From the NCBI GenBank assembly GCA_004431415.1, contig QPMI01000003.1:1-64000 (forward strand): a DNA stretch of 64,000 nt, written 5' to 3'. The position numbers and the translations under genes were made by a program. Positions 35,867 through 44,869 of the stretch are shown here, in pieces (the first letter of the stretch is position 1; every line of letters starts with the position of its first letter). The notes under the pieces were generated by a model. The model was not told the origin of the DNA. It did no database searches and worked only from the letters and a program-made list of their open reading frames with translations. The stretch comes from Cyanophora paradoxa CCMP329. Taxonomy: Eukaryota; Plantae; Glaucophyta.

Positions 35867-37304
35867 GTGCACGAGCTGCCTGTTCACACGACGGCGAATG
35901 CTGACCAGTGACCGACCGCAGCGTCCCCGCCAGCGCCAAGTAACACAGCCGAGTGTTCCGTCCTCTTTTGCTGTGATTGATCTTACCGACGACTCGGTCC
36001 CTTCACTCGGCTCGGCGGATGGGCCTGAGCTGGAAGCGCGGGCTGTGCCCCCGCCAGCTCCTCGGCGCCCCCAGTGTTTCGCCCACCGCCATCTCCCGGC
36101 ACAGGAACGGATTTCTCGCCGCTCCTAACCAATCTGCTGATGCAACGGCGGCCCTCGTCATCCCCACATCCGACCAGCGACGAGCCGCCGGACGCGCTCG
36201 ACGAGCGGATGCGTACTTCCCTCTCGCGCTTCTCGCGGCACTCGGCGCGTCGTCTTCGGATGCCGCGGGCTCCTCTTCGTCGTCCTCTGCGGCCCGCCGC
36301 GACATCCAGGAGCCTTTCCTGGCCCGCCGTCGGATGCGGCGCCAGGCGCTCCTTGGGGCCGCTTCGGAGCCCGTCGCAGACGCTCGCTCCAGCCGTACCG
36401 CCCTGGGATCCGTCCAACGTGCGTCAGAGCGGCCTCGGCGGCCCTCGACACCGCGGCTGCCGCAGACTCCTCTGCAGCGGCCGCCCGAGCCGGCGTTGGA
36501 GAGCGCCCGTGCGCAGCTCCTGCACTTTATCGTCAGCCTCTTCTTGACGGCCGCGCACAGGTCTCCCTCCGGCGTTCCCGCCGGCTACTGGCGAGGCCCG
36601 CCGCCGTTCGCGTTTGCACCCGACGAGCCGGCGCCGTTCCCTCCGGTCTCGCCGCCGCGGCATTCTGTGTCGCCGCTGCACCATTCTGTGTCGCCCCGCG
36701 GGCCGCCGTGTCGCCCCTGCCCCGGGGCCGACTTGATGGCGGGGCTGGACCCGGGGCCATCTCGCCGTTGCGCCAGTACGCGAGGCGCCCCGGCGAGCGT
36801 GAGCCGCCGGGCGAGAGGGAGCGCCTCATCGACGAGGTGCGCCCGCCTCCGCCGCCCGCAGATCACGCCGGCGCCGCGCCGACGCGCGCGGGGCAGGCCC
36901 TCGGGCTCCCCGAGCCGCCGTACTTCTTCCCGGGCCGGAACCAGCAGCGGCGGGCGGCGCTGGCGGCGGCCATGGGCGAGATCCGCCGGGCGGAGGAGCT
37001 CCGCCGGGGCGAGGAGCTCCGCCGGGCGGAGGAGCTCCCCGACGTCGCCGCGCGCCTCGCCCGCCGCCGCGTGCGCCCCGCCCCGCCCACCCACGCCCCG
37101 CCCACGCCCCGCGCAGGCCATGGTGCTCGCTCTCGAACGGGAGCGCGAGCGCGAGCGTGATCGCGAGCGCGAGCTCGATCGTGAGCTCGAGCGTCGTCGG
37201 GAGCGCGCGCGCGAGCGGGAGCGCGAGCGGGAGCGCGAGCGGGAGCGCGAGCGGGAGCGCGAGCGGGGCCGCTTCCGCCACTACTACGCACACCCGTTCC
37301 CGCA

Positions 37305-37343
<39 letters not shown>

Positions 37344-38571
37344 TGCCCCAGGCCGATCGATCTGTACGAGTGGGTGGAAGAGGTGGAGGGCGCCCCGGTG
37401 GCCGGGCCGCCGGGACCGGACGCCAACGGAGACGCGGAAGCCGCCGCCGCCGCCGGCGCGGGGGCCGGCGCGCCTGCGGCGGCGGCGGCGGCGGGGCCGC
37501 TGGAGGCGGGCCTGCGGGATCTTCTGGCGCAGCGGCTGGGACCGACGCTCGAGTCTCTCAAGTGCGCCATCTGCCTGGAGACCTTCGCCCGCCCCGCCGC
37601 CCTCGCCTGCGGCCACGTCTTTTGGTGCCCGCCCCGCCCCGCCCCGCCCCGCCCCGCCCCGCCCCGCCCCTTCTAAATCTCACGCTCGGGCAGCCACGGG
37701 TGCCTGGACTCGTGGTCGCGGGCGCCCGGGGCGCAGCAGCGGCCCGTCTGCCCTCCTGCCGCGCCCCGTTCCGCCCGCGGGAGGTCGCCCCTGTGCCCCC
37801 CTCGACGCGGTCGTCCAGGTGCCCCGGCGGCCCGGCGCGCCCCGCCCTGCCCGGCCCGGCCTGACGCCCCGCGCCCCCGCCCCGCCCCGCAGGACCTCGA
37901 GCGCCTCATCTCGGGCCGCGTCCTCCGCAAACAGCCGCCGAGGCCCGCCCGGCCGCGCCCGCCCGGCACCCGCCCGGCGCCCGCCCCCGCGCCGGGCCGC
38001 ATCCCGGAGGCGGAGGCTGCCGTGGAGGCCCGCGGCCGGGCTTCATGCGGGCCCTCGATTTCCTCGGCGACGGCCCCCGGCGGCCGCCCTCGCTGCCGCC
38101 CGCGCCGGTCGCGGCTTCGCCCGGCGCGTGCTGCCGGCGGCGGCGGTGCCGCGCCCTGCCCGCTACCGGCCGGTCTCGCCGCCCGCGCATGGACAGGGGT
38201 GTTGCGAGTGGGGCGGGGGCAGGGCGAAGCGGTCTCGCCGATCGCGCGGGCGGTGCCGCCGGCGCCGCGGGGCCGGGCGGGGGCGTGGGAGGACTTCTTC
38301 GACCCGCTGGGCGTGGACGCGGCCCTCCTGGACGACGTCGCCTTTGACGCCGCGCTGCTCCGCGACATCGACGCCCCGTACGCGCCCCGCGCCGCGCCCA
38401 GCGGCCCGCGCAGCTGCAGGCCCCCGCCGCCCCGCCCGCCCCGAGCCCGCCGCCGCACCCGCCCCGGCACCGGCGCCGGCGGCCATCGCCGAGGCGCTGC
38501 CCGGCCCCATCGACATCGGCTCGCCGCGCGGCCCCGACGCAGGCTTCCCCTTCGACCTCGACTTCCTCTAG
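35819..38571 (+). pseudogene. 5'-truncated second copy of the SIM-RING gene
   Basis: It lacks the promoter and the first ~49 codons, and has several 1-bp frameshifts relative to copy 1. Confidence 0.7.
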
Positions 38572-38937
38572 TGTAGAGATCTAGGCCGCGCGCCGTGGCC
38601 CTGTCGCGGTCCCTCGAGCCCTGCGACGGCCCCTGTTGGCTCCTGCTCCAGCTTGTGCATGTGTAAATATTCGATATCGATGCTACCTGCGGCAAGGCTT
38701 GCCCGAATTGACCGATTGCGGCTCTGACGTCGACGGAGCCTCGGCCCGGCGCCGGCGCCGGCGCCGGCACTGGAAATTCGCACCCGAGAAGCCGCGCGCG
38801 AAGGTTCACCCCATCTAGGGGGGTACAGTGCTACGTGCAAAAGCTCTTCACCACACGTACGGCCGATTCGAGCAATTGCAAACTCGACACCACCGACGTC
38901 GACGGTCGTCGAGTCGAGCGTATTAAACGCAGCGGTC

Positions 38938-41530
38938 ATGGCGCCGCCCGAAGAGATTATCGCCCGGCTTGCCGGGCTGCTAAAGCAGGAGAGACCCGTC
39001 CGCAGCTGGAAGCAGGAGCTGTTCGGGGCGAGCGTCGATAACAAGCAGCTGTACGCTCCGCCGCCATCAGACGCCGCTGCGAAGCCGCTCATCAGCGTCG
39101 CCCGCAGGCTCGTCAACTGGCTCGACTACGTACAGACAGACGCCGGACGTGAAGCGCTGTACGAGGCGCTGAACGCAGTTTGCCGGGCGGACCTGCCTCA
39201 GCAGGTGCGCTCCCAACTCGCTGCAGGCTGCAAGCTTGACGGGCACGACGCAGGCCCGCGCACGGGCGTCCCTAGCCGCGTTCCTGTCGATTTGTGCGGA
39301 CGCGGTTTGCCAGCAGTGTTCGGAGGGCACCCAGGAGCGCTACGTGCACCTCCGCATCACGGAGCTGGCGGCCAGCCTGGAGCGCGAGGGCCACGCCATC
39401 CTGCGCTCGGCGCTCGTGGCTCCTTTCATGCAGAAGGCGCGCTCGGCGCTCGTTCGCCCCGCCCGGCCCCGCCCCGCTGATTTCGACTCCCGTGCGCGGC
39501 AGGACGGCGAGACGGCGCAGACGTGCCACAGGACGTACGGGGACGGGGGCATCGCCGTGCCCGCCGGCGGCTCGGGCTCTCCGTCCGGCGCGCTGGCGGA
39601 GGCCTGCGTCCGCCTCCCCGCGAGGATATCCTTCGCCGGTGCGCCCCAGGGCTCTGCCCCGCCCGCGCCCCGGCCCCGGGGCCGCCCGCCCGACGGACGA
39701 GAACGCGACGCGGGGCAGGCGGGTGGCTGGACACGCCGCCGCACTGCCTGGAGAAGGGCGGCCTGCTCGTGCACGCCGCCATCGAGCTTGATGGCCGCCT
39801 CCCCATCACCGTCCGCCCCGCCCGCGCCCGCCCGGCGCCCCGGCGCCCCGGCGCTCCAGATCTGATGCTGGCCGGGCTCCGCGCGGGCAGGCGTTCGCGC
39901 GGCTGATCCCGCGGCCGCAACTCGAGCTCGCCAGCATCGACCTCTCCGCCCACCGCGTCCTCTCCTCCCTCGACGAGCTCCGCTCCTACACCGAGCCCGG
40001 CGGTGCGCGCGGTACCCCCCTTCGGGCCCGGTCGCCCCCGTCCGGTGCGGTGCGGTGCGGGGCCGACGGGGCGGGGCAGGGGATGCCTTCGCGCTGCACA
40101 AGGCCGTCCTCTCGTTCTTCTTCTGGCGGTGGGTGGGGGCCCCCACGGGCTCCCCGGCGCAGCCGGGCCCGGGCCTCGCCTCGTCGCTCGCCTCGTGCCT
40201 GGAGGCGTGGTGCGGGCCGGGGCGGGGCCTGGAGCTCGCGACGGAGGTGTACCTGCCCAAGGGGAGCGGCCTCGGCACGAGCTCCATCCTCGCCCTCGCC
40301 TGCCTCCGCGCCCTCCGCGCCCTCTTCTCCCCGGGGCCCGACGAGGCGGGGGCCGGCGGGGGCGGGGGCGAGGGCGAGGGGGACGGGGCGCTGGAGACGC
40401 GGGGGGCGAGCGGGCGCGTGTACGCGAGCAGCGCGCGGCGGGCGGCGCTGGACGACGAGTACAACGCCGTCCTCGCCATCGAGCAGATGCTCACCACCGG
40501 CGGCGGCTGGAACGCGCGCCCCCGCGCCCGCCGGCCCCCGCGCCCGCCGGCTCACTGCGGGGCGGGCAGGACCAGGTGGGGGGCGGGACGCCGGGCATCA
40601 AGCGCGTGGACAGCAAGCCCGGGGTCAGGCAGGTGCCAGGCCCCGCCCCGCCCCGCCCCGCTCCCCTACCCCCCCAAGCGCGCCCGGCCATCGGCAGGCG
40701 TACACGATCACGCACTTGGAGCTCAGCCCGGAGCACAAGCGCCGCTTCAACGAAAAGGCGCGGGCCCATCCCCCGAACTCGCTCCCACACCTCCCCTCCC
40801 CGCGACCGCGTACCCCCGCAGCTCCTGGTGGTGTACACGGGGCAGCAGCGCCTCGCGAAGACGGTCCTCTCCCGCGTCGTCTCTAACTGGGTCCTCCGGT
40901 GCGGTTATCCCCTCGTGACGATGAGCGCCGTACCCTCCTGACGCCGGGGCAGGGAGGAGGGGATACACGCGAAGATGGAGCGGCTTCGTTCGCTCGCGGA
41001 GCACTTCTTCGGCCTCCTCGAGCGCTTCGCGTCCCTCGCCCCGGAGAGCGTCGACTCCGCCAGCGGTGCCGCCCCCTCGCCTCGTATCCCGTACCCCCTC
41101 CGACCGGCTCTTTATCGTACCCCCAGACGCGATCTTCGACGCGATGGGGGCGGCCCTGCTGGACATCCGGTGCGCCTCGCCGCGCCCCCTCTCGCTTCGC
41201 GCCGGCGGCGAACGCTCGTCCAGGCGGGGGAACGTTGCCCTCGAGGAGACGTGGACGAACGAGAACGTAGACGCCCTGTACGCCGTCCTCGAGCCCTTCG
41301 GTGCGCCCCGGGCCGGGCCGGATTCGACCCCCCGCGCGCTCGCGCCGCGTCGCTGAGGGCGCGGGGGCGGCGGCCTGGCAGTCTCGGGGTCGTACCTGGT
41401 GGGGGCCGGCAGCGGCGGCTTCGTGGTGGGCTTCCTGCGCGCGGGGGCGACGCGGGGGGCGGTCGGGGCGGCGCTGCGGGAGGGGCGGCCGCAGGCGGAG
41501 CTCGCCGATGTCCGCATCCACGACCCCTAG
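38938..41530 (+). CDS. FCSK: L-fucokinase-like GHMP kinase, copy 2 (native C-terminus ...AELADVRIHDP*)
   Basis: Same motifs as copy 1; intact N-terminal frame MAPPEEIIARL...; stop TAG at 41528-41530. Confidence 0.88.
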
Positions 41531-41937
41531 CCCCCGCGCGCCCGCGCGCCCGCGCCCGCCCGTCAGATGCGCGGGGCGCGCTGCCGCCCTCGTGTGCAAT
41601 GTAACGTATAGAACTCGATCCAGTATCTGCAGATGGAGCACTAGGCTAGCGCTGTTCATGAGCCCTCGACGCGCTGCGGTCCAGGTCCGGTCCGACGGTC
41701 CGACGGTACCGCCCGCGCGGTCTAGATCCGATGATCTGCACCTGCGAGCCGTTGTACTCTCTAACCGTTGTACTCAACATTAATCGAAAGCATCGAATTA
41801 TCTAGGCCCGGCAGAGGACATATGGAGCAGCAAACGACTTCATGCATTTGCATGCCATGGCCATGATGATCGATCGACGCGGATCGATCGACTCCGCGTC
41901 ATTCGAAAGGCTTAGCTAGCGCTGCAGGGCCCCGCAG

Positions 41938-42048
41938 GATGTTCGACCGCGTGGCCCTCCCCTCCTGCCAGGCTGCGGCCGCCTCGCGTACTTCGGCCCC
42001 GGGCCCCGCCCGGCGGCCCGCCGCGCCGTCGCACACTTCGAATCACTC
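41938..42048 (+). pseudogene. Isolated, frameshifted ABCG (White-family) exon relic
   Basis: After a cccgcag acceptor: MFDRVAL, then a frameshift, then LLPGCGRLAYFGP..AVAHFESL, matching the post-H-loop segment of ABCG NBDs. Confidence 0.55.
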
Positions 42049-42232
42049 ACGATCGGCATCCTCGCGGCCTCCAGGCGCGCCCGTACCCCCCCCCCGTACC
42101 CTGAGAGTTGACCGCTCTCCTCCGGATCCAACTCAACGGTCACGATCGGTCACTTATAATTACTTCTCGATGGTGCAACCGGTACCCTGCCGGCGCGCCA
42201 GGCGCACACCAACGTCCCCGCCAACCCCGGTG

Positions 42233-42316
42233 TCGGTTTTCCTTTCAGTTCATTTTCCTTCGGTTTTTTCATTTCCTTTCAACGTCCTTTCGAGTTCGGT
42301 TTTCCTTTCAGTTCAT
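42233..42316. repeat. 21-bp T-rich direct repeat within a pyrimidine-rich patch
   Basis: tcggttttcctttcagttcat at 42233-42253 and 42296-42316. Confidence 0.85.
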
Positions 42317-42459
42317 CATTTGGAACCGATCGCGAGGCGACGCGAGCTGGCATATATACACAGCTTACTAAACAATATGTATGTATACAGAGATTATATA
42401 ACTAAACAACTACTAACGTATGCCCCAGCACACGGAAGTATTATATATGGTGGATACTA

Positions 42460-44500
42460 ATTACAGCGGTCGCCTCGTCCCCTAGGCCGGGTCGCGGGGG
42501 CCGGGCCCCCCGGACGCCGCACTAGAGGATGTGGTGGGCGCCCGCCTCGTAGGCGGCGTCGACGAAGGCGAGCGGGGCCTGCGCACGCGCGCGGGCCCCC
42601 GTCACGGGCCGGCTCGCGGCGAGGCCGAGGAGCGCAAGGCCTCACCGCGGCGTCGGCGTCGGCGTCAGCGAAGGCGGCGGCGCCCTCGTCGCCGGCGGCA
42701 GAGGCGTCGCCCTCCGCCTGCGCCGCCGTCAGAGGCGGCGGCCCACCCCAGGCGAGCCTATCGCTAGATGCGGCCGCGGCCCCTGGGCTCCGATCTGCGG
42801 GGCCTCACCGCGTCCCCGGCGCCGTCGGCGGCGTCGGCGGCGTCGAACTGGTAGGCCTTGAACTTGTCCTGCCGCCCATTCAGGCCGGCCGGCGGCGCCG
42901 GGGCGGGCGGGGGGCCGGGGAGGGCGCCAGGCGCGGGGCACCTGGTCCAGCATCTCGTGCTTCTTGGCGAAGCTGAACTGCCCGAGCTGCGCGCGCCCCG
43001 GCCCGGCCGCTCGGGCGGTGCCCGGTCTCAAGTGGGGGGAGGCCGCACGGTCATCCCCGTGTAGGTTCTGCCCACGTCGCTGTCTCCGCCCACGCAGCGG
43101 GTCACTGCGCGCCGCAGCGACGCCGGCGTGACGTCAGTCGGAGCGACTGGGCCGACAGCTGCAACCGGCGCCGGCGGAAGAGCGCAGCGCACGGTTGCCG
43201 ACGTTGGCGATGTAAGCGGCGTCCTTGACGGCTCCGTGCTTGACGCCCTTCAAGAGGAGGCCCTCGACGACGGCCTTGCTGGCCGCGTTGTTCTCCAGCA
43301 GGATGCCCTTCAGCGGCTGCGGCAGGTTCACGATGTCCGGCTTGCCAATCGGCGGCTGCGTCGCCGGGTTGCACATCGTCCCGTACCTGCCCCGGCCCCG
43401 CCTCAGACACGCCGGGGGGGGCCTGGACGGGCAGGCCGCGCGCACCCCTGGGGGTAGCCCGAGTTGACGTCGATCTGGTTGGCGAGCTCGACGGGGCCCC
43501 AGAAGAAGGCCTTGGCGTTCTCCTGCGCGGCGCGAACAGGCGCCGGTTTGCCGTCGGTCGGGCAAGCGGGGCCCCGCAGGCGGGGCGCGGGGAGCAGGCG
43601 CGGGGCTCGGGCGGGCGGACCGGAGCCGTCGCTGTCGGCTCGGGGTCCACGATGCGCGTATTACCTGCCCCCCGCGAGGCTCAGCGGGGCCTGCGGGCAG
43701 AGCTCGTCCGGGCGCCCGGCCCTCTCACCGCCTCCAGTGTGGATCTCGAAGGACGAGTGCGGGTCCGCGTTCGCCCAGTCGCCCTGCGAGCGCGGCGGCG
43801 GATGAGGGGCGCATCATGCCCCTCAAATCACGACGAGGGGGCGCACAGCCTTCGCCTCCTGCGGCGCGGAGGCTCGGGTGCCCATCGCGCGGCCAGTCAC
43901 TGAGATGCACTCGCCGCCAATTGACTTCCACGGATAGCCAGCGTCCAGAGGGCAGCTGCGCGGAAGTGTTAAGCATCCCGTTCACCGCGGCCATCACAGC
44001 TCCACGGATCTCGCGCACCAGACTTTTCCAGTTGCCACCTGGGCGCCGCCGCGATCGCCGATCATGCTTCCATAGTTCGTAACGAGCTTGTAGATCTACA
44101 CGGGATCTCGTCAGGTCGGCCGGCTCGACGCGCAGGGCGGGCTCACATGGCCGACGCGCAGCGCCGCCACGTCCGAGTCGCTCTCGATTCCGTACTTGGG
44201 CGCGCAGCCCTTGACGAGGAGGTCCTGGTGAAAGTTGATCAGAAAGTCTGAAATTAGTGCCCTAGGGGCTCCGATGCGTGAGGCCTCGGCCGCGGCCGCG
44301 CGCGGCCGCGGGCTGGAACGTTGACATGTACATGTACAGCCGGCCGCGAGAAGGGCATGGCCAGGGACGAACCGGAGCCGTGCCGGGATACCTCCTGTAG
44401 CTCACAGCATCCGAACGAGCGCGCGACATCTTGGCCTCCGAACAGTGGCTGGCCTCCGAACCAAGGAAGGTGAGCAGCGGGAGGGGATGCCGGTATTGCA
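42460..44500 (-). CDS. Hypothetical multi-exon protein of unknown function
   Basis: Exons splice in frame with high GC3: FLINFHQDLLVKGCAPKYG, CPLDAGYPWKSIGGEC, ENAKAFFWGPVELANQID, YGTMCNPATQPP..., DKFKAYQFD. I could not resolve either end. Confidence 0.6.
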
Positions 44501-44869
44501 TCAGCGTATTGCTAGCAGGATAAACGCATATATTGCTAGTCTGTGCTAGGAAGTCGACGTCGGAATCCGAGGGTCGCGGAGCCTCGGAGGATTGGAAAGG
44601 AGAGGATAGGAAGAATGGCTGGGGAAGAAGACTTCGAAATCAGGTGCTAAGGTTGCACCTTAATCGTAAAGCTCGTGTCTTGAGCTTCTTTGAACGCCTC
44701 GCCGAGTCGAACAGATGGTGAACTTCTGGGGAAAAAGTTCCGAAAAACGCTTCCGGGGGTATCGATCTTTTTACGACGAAGCATCTACCCCGGGAAGGAA
44801 CCTGCAGCTGCCTGCTGCCTGCTGCAGCTAACGTGAGAAGCCGCTGGCAACATGCGGGAGCGTTGAGCT

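Larger units (their letters stand above)
30137..41488 (+). repeat. Head-to-tail tandem duplication, unit ~5.68 kb (30137-35818 and 35819-41488)
   Basis: The copies are near-identical. The junction at 35819 has a CGG microhomology, and the differences I saw are almost all 1-bp indels in C/G runs. Confidence 0.95.
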
